Shown here: one piece after another, positions 49,167-62,030 of the stretch | Numbering within the stretch: the first letter of the stretch is position 1 | Layout: each line of letters opens with the position of its first letter | From: Laetmonice hystrix | Taxonomy: Eukaryota | DNA length: 64,000 nucleotides | Direction of reading: 5' to 3' | Assembly (NCBI GenBank): GCA_965235115.1 | Contig: OZ249436.1 | Location: 39,620,001 to 39,684,000, forward strand | The notes under the pieces: model-generated | The model's input: only the letters and a program-made list of their open reading frames with translations | What the model was told of the DNA's origin: nothing | Databases searched by the model: none | Program-made: the position numbers and the translations under genes

Positions 49167-52100
49167 CTGCCTGAGATGCTCCAGTCCACTGTGCTGCCAC
49201 CTGTTGGGTGATGCAAGAGGGATTATGCAGGATCGTTGACTGATCCATGATATAACTTTGACCTTCATCTGCCTCGTCCGATGGATGTGAAAGGTAACCC
49301 AGTGAACACCAGGTATACTGGAATGTAAGACGTCATCTAAGATGGATAATGGATGGGTGGGATGGGTGTAAGCTTGACTGTGGGTCACTCTAACTTTTAA
49401 TGTACCAGGGCCCTTGTTACAATGTTTCATCCCGTAATATATTTCCAGAGCCGATCTATAAGTGTCTAGCGGGAAGTGGTAATTAGCTCTCGGCACGCCG
49501 GTACCGTAATTACTAAATAGACGACGATTGACATTTAGGTTGTTAGGTGTGATGCGGTCGGGACAGTTGTCCCTCAGCTCTATCAGGCACACGGGAGGTA
49601 ATTATTTCTGCCACCAGCCGGTATTTTATAAGACTGTTATGCAAATACATAGGGCACGGTGCCACCTGCCTTTACAGCTGTCTGTTATGACAGGTGCCCT
49701 ATATCAACAACACCAGTCTTTTGAAATAAGGCAAATGGGTACACTGCGGTGGCTGAACTGTCTGGCAGTGCATTGCTGTACTCTGGTGGTGGAACAGGAT
49801 AAACGACCTCTTCAATCGTCATACACCGTCACCCACATCTGCCTCAATATTGCAATCAAAATGTTGTAGAGATTGCACTGAAATAATGATAGGCCTATTT
49901 GCATGATCAAGTGTTATCGACCACCTAGCCGCTTCAACCGTAAGGTTTGTTATTAGCGTATAATATATGATGATGCTAGGTCTAACACAATATGTATTCC
50001 TGAGCGGTAATCAGTTGTAGCCGTACCTCGTGGGGACGGTGCATGTACATTCATCCATATACAGGTGGGTTTTTTTCTGAGACGCCTCAACCAATTCGTA
50101 ACAAATTCTACGCTGGCGATGGATTACGCGAAATCAGTCTGTCAAAAAGTGGGATAGACTCATCTAAAATACATGCCTGCATGACAACCGTACTTTGTGA
50201 AACAGAGATAGCTAAACCTTTTTTCAGATGTAAAGGCAAAATGCGACTATGACCATGCCGCCATTAATTCATTCGTTTTTCCTCAAATCGAGTTTTGGAA
50301 AGTGCTAAAAAAGATCCATGTAATGCAGTAGCAGGTTGTCATTTACTTCTGGCGTGAAGTTGAATGTCTACCAGGGTACGTGTCCATAACTCTGTCATCA
50401 ACCCGTCTCAACAGATGAATGCTATACATAAACACACTCTGTATACCTGCAAAATTTCAGTCAATATTTCCATTTTTCTCCCCTAAACTGGCAAAAGAAA
50501 TGGTTTCCGTCCTGTCCGGGAATTTCTCCCGACTCTGAAGACTTTTAAACGAAATGTGAATCAGCATTTTCACATCAGATCCAAATCTGCTTTACCCCGG
50601 TGTTTTTTTATTGAACATGTATGCTTTGGGAATCCAGAAGTGAAATAAAATGCAAATTAAACACCAAATCCAATTCAAAATTCTCATGCATCGGTAACTG
50701 AACGCAAACATGCCCGTGTTTTAATGCGCCCTCGTTTTATCAATGACATCCAGCAGCTTAAAAATGTTGCCACCCGTTTAATGATGTTTGCTGCTGGCCA
50801 CTGTACATCTGACACCAACAGATGGTGGGGGATGGCATACTTTTGCATACTACAGTTAAACCAAAATAAACAGACTAGATCAACCATTTCCATAATGCTC
50901 TTAGTTTGAGCGCAGGTTGCAGTCCCTCTGGGTGATAGCGATTCACGTTTTATTCAACCAACTCAATTCACATCTGTCAAGGCGAGTTTACACAAATTTA
51001 GTGTCTGCCTTGAATACTGAAAGGCACCTGCTGAAATGGAGAGACTTTTTGTGCATTCATGTATTGATTTTTTCCTTGACTTAAAACAACGGGAGATGTG
51101 ATGAAATCTATTAAAACACAATGAATTCTTTGGGATTGGATTTTGGGCTTTCCGCCTCAAAAACAGACATGGCGAGGTGGCGTAAGTTTGACTGGTGGAG
51201 TCCCCATGTAAAATACCGACTTTGCAGCAAGTAACTGACAAACTTTCTTACATAAGGCCTGATGGGCATACTAACCGAGAGGCTCAGGGTGTAATACCAC
51301 TAAGCCACAGGTCATTAATGTTATTGAACTTATGGAGAGGATAGGCCTACAACTACTTGCAGTGTCATCTACGAGGACATGGAATCATCTTTGAATGCAA
51401 GATTCTGTTGTATTTTAGGGTTTTGAGTTGTATGACTGATTTAACACAACCCCATTCCCCTGAAATTTTACATCCGGAAATTCAGTTTTGAATAAGTTAA
51501 AATGGAACATTGGTGTTCCTGAAGTGATACCGTAACAGAACCCGTTGTGTTTGACGTACACGGTCCTCCAAGTTCAGATAGTAGAGAGCAAAATCACAAT
51601 AGAGAATTTAATAAGACTAGGATTGTAACGCATACTCGGAAGGAAACAGCGACGGTCTTCCGATTACGAAAGATCTTTAAATCCTTTAGCATCAAAGTTG
51701 ACTTATTTTATGTAACTACCGGCATGTTGTGTTATGTTCTTGCATGCGTGCGTGCATTTCAATACCTTGTATATATCTGATTTTGGTTTGCTATGGAAGT
51801 CAGATCAGGTTGAAAGAAACATCCAACTGACATTTCTCCTTTTATATCTGGGGGATTCTGTAGTTTAGAGGCGGTGACTTCTGATCTATGCTGAGGCTCC
51901 AGTTGAAAAGGTTTATTACATTGCCAATGTTTTCATATACTAAACGGGATTTTAACCCGAGCGTGTCATGGCTGGAATGCAGCCTTGCCATCCGAACATC
52001 TACAGGAACACAAACAGCATCGTTTGGTCAGTGACCTGTGTTCGAAAAGATGATCCGTAAAGAGTATCTGATATCGGATCGGATCTTTTCAAAGCCACGA

Positions 52101-55100
52101 TAGAGGCTATTGTACGGTAAATGATTACGGCCCTTAAGTCAGACCCAAGCGCAGTGTTATAATCACTAATTGTTCTAAATTTTAAGGCCTATAGGCAGAA
52201 AACCTACATATTTAGGCATGACACCACACATCTTTGCACAATGACCTTATTCCCAAGAATTTATTTGTTATAGGTTTTGCAAGTTATACACATTTCAGGA
52301 AGTTCAATTGAATATTGAGTCGGGTCATGCCAAGAGACTTCTTATCTGTAACGTATCCTTTCACGCAGGTCAGATTACGCTCCGAGTAAATCAGAGTCTG
52401 GAGCTATGGGCTTGAGAGTAAATCGCCTTGAAGGACACTTGATGATAAAAGAATTCTGACATGAGCCCCATCTTGTTCTTCTCACCCCTGCCTTACTGAG
52501 GACTAGGGGGGACAATGTTGGTGAACATGTTCGGCACAGTCCGGATGAAAAGAACAAAGTTCGTATTCGTTCCTGAGTCCATTCAAACAACCAGAACACA
52601 TGAGAAGATGTTCGAGTGTCAAGAACAGCCCTTCCGAACGCAGTGAGTCTGATTGCAGTAACAAACCAACCACCTGTATCCAGTGGCCTGCATGGTAATG
52701 CAAGACGCAGTGCGGGGGAGGTGCAGCTATTCCGGGATGGTCACAAGGAGTGGACGTACATTTTATTGCCTCTTGATTTCCAATATATGCCGCACCTACT
52801 CAGAGCTGAACGTCGGGAATTAATCGACAGTGCAATTCTGATAGTCCAGTCATTTAGCTAGAGTAAGGAGGCGCTCCACCTCGGTGTGATTTCCCAGGGT
52901 AAGCACAAAGAAGCTTCAACTGCACTAAGCTACAGCTTATCACATATTGTCCGTAGGAGGCAATGCTGCCGCTCAGATCGGCAAAGATATACATAGAAGG
53001 GTCGATACAATACTGCGATATCAGAGTCTGTGACTGGATGTTATACAAGTCGTGACATAGCAGGATAAAAAATGTAATATCCCGAGTTTCTTTAATTACA
53101 CATTGTAGCAGGAATGTCAGACATGTAAGAAGTGATCTGAAAGGCTAACAACAAGCACTTGTTGATGTTGAAATGTGAAATATTCATGTAGCGAAAATTT
53201 TAAACGGTTTTCTGTAGTCGCCATGCATGCTGTAATAAATCATATTCATGCGATAGGGGGAGTCTTTATTTATATCACTGTCACTAAAAGCTTGAAAAGT
53301 CCAAAATGTAGCCCATTTGGTCCTACGAATCGAAGTCAGTTATGGAAATATTGAGCAACGCTTCCATTATCAGGTTATTTATAGAGAAGTAAATTGTCAT
53401 GATTGAGACTGCTTGTGTACTAAATTGGCTGCTAACGGCTGCAGAGGGTCGGCCCATTGCCGCGGTCACTCAACTATTGACCCTGTGGACAAAGTTTCTG
53501 GTGCAAAGTCATTACTGTAACTGGGATGACTTGAGGCACTCAGACGTACTGTTCAGGTCATACTGGGGCCACTTTCCTGCGGCACCTCAGTGTAGGTAGG
53601 AGAAGTCGAATGATAACATTATATGGGGTGAAATCAAATCAGTTGTCATAGAGGCAGCTGTGGACTGTGCTTGGAGCGTTGGAATCTAGGGGACCTTGAA
53701 TGGTCGTTTCCAAGGAATGGATCCATGATGAGAGGTCTTTGACCCTTTCTCAGTTTTTGAGCAGAGATCAGCCAATGGTATTTGTTTATGGCGAAGGTCG
53801 GGGTCGCCAAATTTCTTTCTCACTATCTTTATGGGATGGGCTGGGAGTTGACTCGGAGGGGCTGCGGAGTTCTAACTCCCAACTCTGGCGCTGAGTGAGA
53901 CCTGCTGCTTCAGCTGCCAGAACAAAGACAGTTGGCAGTCTTATAGGGCGGGGGCTGCAGACATGCGATCAATTCCCCGAGGAATCAACACCCGCATCAG
54001 TGTACCAGTGGCGGGAGATAGTTCACGTCGTGCACGGTAGGGTTGGTCGGAGAACCACTATTCCAGCCCGACCGCCAAAAAAAAGCCACGAAAGTAGCAG
54101 TTATGAGAGTAGTGGCAGTAACAGGCCCGAACGCGTCAATCCATGTTGATGAACAGATTTGTGAAGTGTCCTCGTTAGCCTCATTTTTGCTGATTCAGCA
54201 TATTGGTCCAAGAAGTGTGTCCGCAAAATCTGCTTTACCCCAAACATCCACCTATTCCATATTAAGAAAAGAAGTCTGTAATTGCTGCAGATTCACTTAA
54301 GAAGGCACAGTCAGTCTTCACGCCTAATGTAATGCCTTGATAATGTAGTCATATAAAAGATTGTTTTATACATTATAGTTATTTTTTTGTCAGAGATTCG
54401 TGCACGGTTTACGCAGAGTTGGACGATCTTTGTCATTGAAAAAAACACAGCTAAGTGCTTAATTATATGTTGAGTGAAACTCGACCATAACGCGAAACAT
54501 GTGACATCCATTCCTTTATTAATCAAATAATATGTAAGGCTTCCATTTCCTGGGCATCAGGTTCACACTTGAATGGCTCTATATGACAGTGTCCCCCTGT
54601 ATAGTTTTACGTAGAGGCTTCCATCTTGGCCAAGTCTTTCTTGAAAGAGACAAGGTAAACGGCTAGGGACAGACCAGAACTCCCAGCGAAGTGTGTCACC
54701 TTTTCGCCTAGCCCCGCGAGTTGCCCCATTTCTAGGCGGTGAAATATTCCATTCGGAATTCCTCGGTCATTTCGGTGAGTGTTCTCAGTTAAAGCAAATT
54801 CGAACGTTGTGAGCGTCAGTGGCTTAGAAATTAATTGCAATAGAAATTGTGATCATGTTCGGAGACAGTTACTCTAGTGAATAGTCCTGTCTTAGAGCGA
54901 TTAAAGGTTATCTCCGTAAGGCCGTTTATCATTGTACCGACATCCTTATGTTGATGACCTTATATGGGGATTCCAAGGGCTCCCATCCTCTCTGCGCAGC
55001 TGACAATCCACTGAACGAGAAAACATTCACCCCCTCCCCCGATTGGTCAAGTCTGGCCAGACAGGGGTGGGTCAGAAAACAGCTGAGCGTGGGAAAAACG

Positions 55101-58100
55101 GGGCCTGGAGGTGGGTTGTCCTTGGCATTGTGCAGTTAACAACAGATGGTTATCCTAAGAGCTAAGCTGCTTCAGGATGCTGGCAACATGTAAACCTGGG
55201 GCCCGACCTGCAAATGTCTGCTTCCATCATGTTAGAGCTTAAGCACCTCGGGCAAGCTCAGCAGACCCGCTGTGAGCAAGCTTGTCCCGACGTACGAGAT
55301 TAATCTCTACCAGCACTGCAAGCTCTTGGCCTGGCAAGGCTTCCAATACATCTTCTCTGGGAGCTTTTTATATTCAGTCGTTCTGCTTACAAAGCCTTTC
55401 TATTCGGGAACTGTAAAAATAGACGGGGATTTCTCCTGAGCCATTTCTGTGGTCTATAGACCTTTTGACATTTGTAGCAATAAAGAAAATGTTATACCTG
55501 AAATCCGACATATCAGTATTCGTAGAATATTGGACGTGGTGTCGACTAGCTATTAAAAGTCATTCATCTACAGAGAAAAAAAATACTGAAATAAATGAAT
55601 ATTTAATGAGTTGTTCATTTGTTAACTAAAAGCATTAAGTATTACAGTGTTCCTCAATCTAGGTGGTTTACAGATTGACGATGCCCGAGATCGTTTGAAA
55701 CATTGGCTGGTTACTTTATTTAGAAAAGGGTTAAAGTAGTTTATCTTGATGATATTATAATACAGTTAGCCATTCTAAATCAGACACAATGCTGTATTTA
55801 TGTAGATTCAGGGACGGGGTACAGCTACAAAAGATGTAAGATGGTGACGATTAACCCACCCTCCGGGTGGTTAGGCCTGTCAGTAGAGGATAGTATCTAG
55901 TAATGACATTCATGTAAGGCAAACGATGTTTATCATTCGATATACAGCCGGTAGAGACTGAATACCCAGGAGACACTCGTCATGTATGGCACATCGGCAT
56001 GAAGAGACGTTCTCGGAAGAAGCTGTAACTCACTGATTGCATTGGAAATCAATGACTATCACATGCTTTACACCTCCGGTCGTGTTTCCGCAATGAGTGG
56101 CCCGGGTTGGCAGAGGTGCTGCACTCCTCGGGGTGCACTGAAGCATTTCATAACGGTATTGTGTATATTCATTGGTTAATTTACACCTGTAGAGAGTACA
56201 CTCCCCGCAAGCAGCAGCCGAGGTCCTGCTTCTGCCATGTCCCCAGCGGTCGGCTGGGTTTCCCCTGCTACTGGCAAACAAGCAATGACTATGGAAGTGT
56301 CTTTTTACTTTCCTGCCAGGCCAAGAAGGATGGTTTTAGATTGATGTCAGGAAGGAAAGGGTACGGCTATGGCTGAGTGCAGCCTCCAGGCCGAGGGCGC
56401 GGGGAGATGGGCAGGGCAGTCATAGCTGGTACCAATGTTTTGCTGGAGGTGACAGAAACTATGGGTGGCGATGACAGTTTCCGTGTTTGGATGCTCAGAC
56501 ATACGATGGCTCGTCTTGATGGCATTAATGGGACTGAGACGGCAGGTTGGGAGGGGCGGGGGGATCACCCCCTGCGGCCACTCCGTCACCCCCACCGCCC
56601 GGCGGTTCGATCCATCCCGTTGTCTGCTCACCCTTAAGGGCCATGTAGGGGAAAGCCTAATGGCGGGTAATCTAGACGGACAAAACCAAAATAATCGAGT
56701 TTTCTGCTCCTACCAGGCTGCCATCGCCACCACTGTCTATATCAGTGAGGCCCACTGTCTCAATGTGTGACGTGTTGTAGTAACGGTTGAGACCAGATTA
56801 ATACTACGTTCGCCGGTAGGTACCGGTAGGTGAGCGCTCACCTTGGCCTTGTTTAAAGAAAACACGAGAACAGTTTAAGAAAAACCTGAACCCGACGCTT
56901 GGCCCAAGGATCCTCCGTCTTAGTTGAGATACACCTGGAAGTGACATTGGTTGGCTGCTTTCTCAGAAGTCTGATGAGATTCAGAATTATAGATTCTCCA
57001 TGTCGACAGAACCATTAGAATATATAGGAATAGAATGGAACACGTATCAAAAAATGTTGTAATTAAAGCAAGTTTACTAACCTTTTCCTTTTTAACAGGC
57101 AGGACTCCAATTCTATGGGGCACTCTGAATATTAAAGAAAAATAGGATTCTCTTTCTGTCGAATTTAAAAGCATTATTAAAAGCTTTCTACCAGGTATTT
57201 TTTAAAAGTGACCTTGACATGGTTTTCAACTAAATTTACAACAATTTTAATAATTCATGTATGGAAATAAGAAGAAAAAGATCTGCTCATCGGTAGATTG
57301 ATTATGTATCCCATGTTTTGGGGGTTTTTTTACAAATAACCAAAGTTTGCTCTCTATATTGTTCATTTGTTGTCAGCCAGAGTAATATTAGGAACTTCTA
57401 ATAACGCAAGAGTTCCTATCAAACGTGACCCAACAGCGGCAGTCTACAGTAAATTTGTTAAAAGTAAACTGAAGCCCCCCTCCAGAAAAGAAAAATGCAG
57501 GGATGAATGAATATATGCATGTTATGGTTAAACTATCATAAAACAATAGTAGGGGGGCGTTTTTCTTCCCATTGTGCACGGCGGGAGATAGCGGGAGGAA
57601 TGGACTGCAGGGTCAGAATGTACTCAGGGGAGGAGAACCATTCGTTACAATGGCTTGACAAAGTAAAAATATGTTTGTTTGATGTAGTCGGCATGGTTGA
57701 TGTTATCCGTCATGTCTGGCCTGTGTCGGTGAAGGCGAGGGAGGAGGGGGGGGGGGGGTCCATTTGAAGAAACGTTAAAATCATCCGCAGGCGTGGTTTT
57801 TTTGTTAATAAAAAAACTTAGATTTAAGATTGGTTATGACTGTGTCCCACGTAATATTGAATCGAGAGTTATGAAAAAGTGGTTTTGACGTTGTTAGAGA
57901 ACTTTAAAATTTGGCTGACGTGGTTAATCTGGAGGTGCTCGTCACTATTCCGCCTCCGTAATATTAAATAACATCAGGCATTTTACCAGAAGGGAAAATA
58001 TCCTTCTTTGGCACGTACATGGATGGTGGATCGGTCTCCTGAATTTCGATCTTTTCTTCTTAACAAGAACAAAACGTGTCCCCTGCCAAAGTGCCTATAG

Positions 58101-58445
58101 TAGGGGATACGTAAAGGCAGGCAATGTCTTGATGGAATAATTCTGTGCAGACGATGTCTAATTAGGCCTACATGTGTCTGGTTTTTACCGTTCTGATAGA
58201 CAACAGAGGCAGATTTTTGGCATGAAGGTAATGAAGAGTACAAAAGTTTCTGCCCAAATGGAATACCGGGGTTTTAGAGCACACGTTCACCGCGATCTAA
58301 TATCTTTTCCTGTATTATTCTGTGCATGGTGCACAGCCCTTTGTTCCAAATCTATGCCCAAATTGCAGTCTAAATCTAAATCGCAAGAAAGAGAATGTCA
58401 GTGATATTATTGGATATAATTTCCTAAAGGCCCATGTTCACTTAA

Positions 58446-59067
58446 GCCCCAGTCACATCTAGTCGTACGAATTTTGGATCGCACGATAGGCAGGGGTAAT
58501 CGGGGATCGTGAGGTGTCGGGGCCTGTCGTGGAATCGCTCTGCGATTATGAGATAGCGGTCACACACTAAAGATTAGTTTGCGACCATATTGTCATCCGT
58601 TGCACGAATGCTGATGGGATTTCTCGCAGGAATTATCCAGACAAAGCGTGCGATTGATTACCTACGATTGTCAAGGAACAATCGTACGAATGGTCAGGTT
58701 TACTCGTGCGATAGTCGTGGGAATAACTGCGCAATAGCAACTAGTCGCAGGACAAGTTGTGCGATGGTCTTGTGATGACTGTGCGACTGTCACTAGCCAC
58801 GATAAGGCACGACCACCCCCGACCATCGCAGGACGATCGCACGACTATATAAGAACGTAAAAAATCGTAGACATGTTCAAAATCGTAGACTGGATTTTGA
58901 ACATGTTCAAAATCCACGCTACGACAAATTTCACCTCCCGACCTCCCACGATCACTCATGACCTGTCGCACGATTTTTTTAAGATATACGGCGATTTATT
59001 GCGTTTGCTCATCGTAGGTACTCATAAACCCGTCGTAACCCCTCGTATCCCCTAGTGTGACTGGGCC
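58446..59067. mobile_element. MITE (~620 bp) flanked by TTAA, rich in CGAT/ACGA/TCGT motifs
   Basis: CTTAAGCCCCAGTCACA vs reverse complement of the right end CTTAAGGCCCAGTCACA. TTAA at 58442-58445 and 59068-59071 (a TA parse is also possible). Internal inverted pair TCGTGAGGTGTCGGG / CCCGACCTCCCACGA. Confidence 0.82.
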
Positions 59068-60173
59068 TTAAGCCGATTGTCTTTGCGACAGCGATACGAT
59101 TTTTGATTTAATGGTGGAATTTCACTCTGTAATTTGTCCTGGTTGTTCCCGATTTCGTGCCAGCAAATCGCAAGATTTCTAGAAGACATGCTCGTGCGTG
59201 TTTCTCTATAACTTTGGTTGGTGCTGCAGGTGGGACGTGACGTAATGAGGCCCAGCAGCGTTAATAATACCGGAGTACCCGGACCAACCTGACTACCCGT
59301 AGTAAACGCAGAAGATGCAGGCTGGTGGTCAACCAAAATGAAATTCACCAGGTTATAAAATGAGTTAACATGAGTTCCGCCTTAACATTAAATAATTGAC
59401 CAAATATTCGAATAAAAAGCAGAGACAATATGAATACCATTCATCGGAAGGCAAGCTCATACATTACGGATGGAGAGTTGTCATGTCAATATTAAAAGAA
59501 AAGTGGTGGCTGATTTTTAGGTTAAAGAAAAAAAACTGGATAAAAAGCACTGCTAAGCTGGTCTCGATAGCGGCTCCTGTCAGATAGATCGTACATGGCT
59601 TCCATACAGCCGACCAATTTTTCCTTCCGAAAAGGGATATCTGATATTGTCTGGACCTTTTTTATCGTACGATATGATACGAACCGATGATGATAATAAC
59701 GTTCGTGAAAATATGATGAAGGAAACTTGAGTTTCAACAGCCCCACTTTGAAGAGCGTCCTAGTTTCCGCCTGCCCCCCCCCCACCCACCCACCCACCCC
59801 ACCCCCGCCTGTTTTGCCCTCGTTCATACATATGTCCTCACTTTATCCAGGTTTCTTTGGAGGGTCCCAAAACTAATACATCCGTATCTCATTCCAAGCC
59901 TGGTGCCCCACCCCATCTTTCCTTTTAAATCGTTCCGACTGTTTTCAATGGAGGAAAAAAAAGCGTTTGTGAAAGTCATCAATCACGTGAAGATAATTGG
60001 TCTCTATAATGATAATACTAGTTGGGGAATTAATTCTTGATGAAAGTACAATGACAATGAATGACGGCTGAAGACAATGTGCTCAGCAGTTTGTCGGCAC
60101 ATCCTGGTAGCTTTAATATTTCAAACTCGTCCGTGGAATAATGTCTGTGAGAACAGCCAATGAAGAATTCTTC

Positions 60174-61310
60174 GAATGGGCTGCCATAGCAGTGGCACAG
60201 GGCGTATGGACGTCATATGGCCTGACAGAATGGGCTGCCATAGCAGTGACACAGGGCGTATGGACGTCACATGGACTGACAGAATGGGCGGCCATAGCAG
60301 TGACACAGGGCGTATGGACGTCACATGGCCTGACAGAATGGGTTGCCATAGCAGTGGCACAGGGCGTATGGACGTCATATGGACTGACAGAATGGGCTGC
60401 CATAGCAGTGGCACAGGGCGTATGGACGTCATATGGACTGACAGAATGGGCTGCCATAGCAGTGGCACAGGGCGTATGGACGTCACATGGACTGACAGAA
60501 TGGGCGGCCATAGCAGTGACACAGGGCGTATGGACGTCACATGGCCTGACAGAATGGGTTGCCATAGCAGTGGCACAGGGCGTATGGACGTCATATGGAC
60601 TGACAGAATGGGCTGCCATAGCAGTGACACAGGGCGTATGGACGTCACATGGACTGACAGAATGGGCTGCCATAGCAGTGGCACAGGGCGTATGGACGTT
60701 ATATGGACTGACAGAATGGGCTGCCATAGCAGTGACACAGGGCGTATGGACGTCATATGGACTGACAGAATGGGCTGCCATAGCAGTGACACAGGGCGTA
60801 TGGACGTCACATGGACGGACAGAATGGGCTGCCATAGCAGTGACACAGGGCGTATGGACGTCACATGGACTGACAGAATGGGCGGCCATAGCAGTGACAC
60901 AGGGCGTATGGACGTCACATGGACTGACAGAATGGGCGGCCATAGCAGTGACACAGGGCGTATGGACGTCACATGGACTGACAGAATGGGCGGCCATAGC
61001 AGTGGCACAAGGCCTATGGACGTCACATGGCCTGACAGAATGGGCTGCCATAGCAGTGACACAGGGCGTATGGACGTCACATGGACTGACAGAATGGGTT
61101 GCCATAGCAGTGACACAGGGCGTATGGGCGTCACATGGACTGACAGAATGGGTTACCATAGAAGTGCCACAGGGCATATGGACGTCACATGGACTGACAG
61201 AATGGGTTGCCATAGAAGTGACACAGGGCGTATGGACGTCACATGGACTGACAGAATGGGCGGCCATAGAAGTGACACAGGGCGTATGGACGTCACATGG
61301 ACTGACAGAA
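60174..61310. repeat. 54-bp minisatellite, ~21 copies
   Basis: Unit GAATGGGCTGCCATAGCAGTGACACAGGGCGTATGGACGTCACATGGACTGACA. Confidence 0.99.
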
Positions 61311-61990
61311 ACCCGTGAAGATATATAGCTCTGTCGCTGTTAGAGGAGACATTTCATTTTTACAAATGTCAAAAGATCAATTTTACAACTAACTTATTTT
61401 GTAGTTTTTAAGTATTTAATCACGACTGAACGCTAAACAAGGACTCAATAATTATTGTCAATCAATACACGACGATATCTTGAACAGATCTTTTAGGAGT
61501 CAATCAACATTCGATAACATCCCCTCCATACCACTTTCGTTTGTAGTTCGGGGTCTTTCCTAAAGTAATACATCTCAAAATGGCATATTAGACATGATAT
61601 TGCGCAGGTAAATGGGAGAAACTTTGTTAGTCCCCTTCCCCATTTTGTTCAGTGATAAGCGTTTAGCCCCGAGAAATGGCATCAACTCGTAGGGATACCG
61701 GTATGTGTAAATTGGACATATTTTGATGTGGTGGCCGACTATCTTTAATGTCGGAGCGGAGCAGTTGTGCTATCAGGAATGCTTTACAATCCTGTTGAGA
61801 CACATTGTCACATCGATTTAACATTTTGGGGGGAAAGGATGCGGTCTTTAAAGGCAGGTTAAGAATGTATCTATCAAGCAAGCTGAGCCTGAAGCTCAGT
61901 GAGAACTATGACAAGCTGTAGGGTGGCCTCCCTGCCTTTGAAGCCAGGCCCAGTGGGACGGCTGTACAATGGTGGTTGCATTATCGGCCC

Positions 61991-62030
61991 GACTACCCGC
62001 CACGACTACCCGCCACGAACACCCGCCACG
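61991..62030. repeat. 13-bp unit x3 (GACTACCCGCCAC)
   Basis: Short tandem triplication; the third copy is diverged. Confidence 0.8.

Noticed and set aside
56570..56625. GGTTCGATCC tRNA T-loop-like motif
   Set aside because: No cloverleaf or A-box at the proper spacing.
39985..56990. CTGATGAG words (39990, 42983, 56971) as hammerhead ribozyme cores
   Set aside because: No stem II followed by GAAA and no closing helices.
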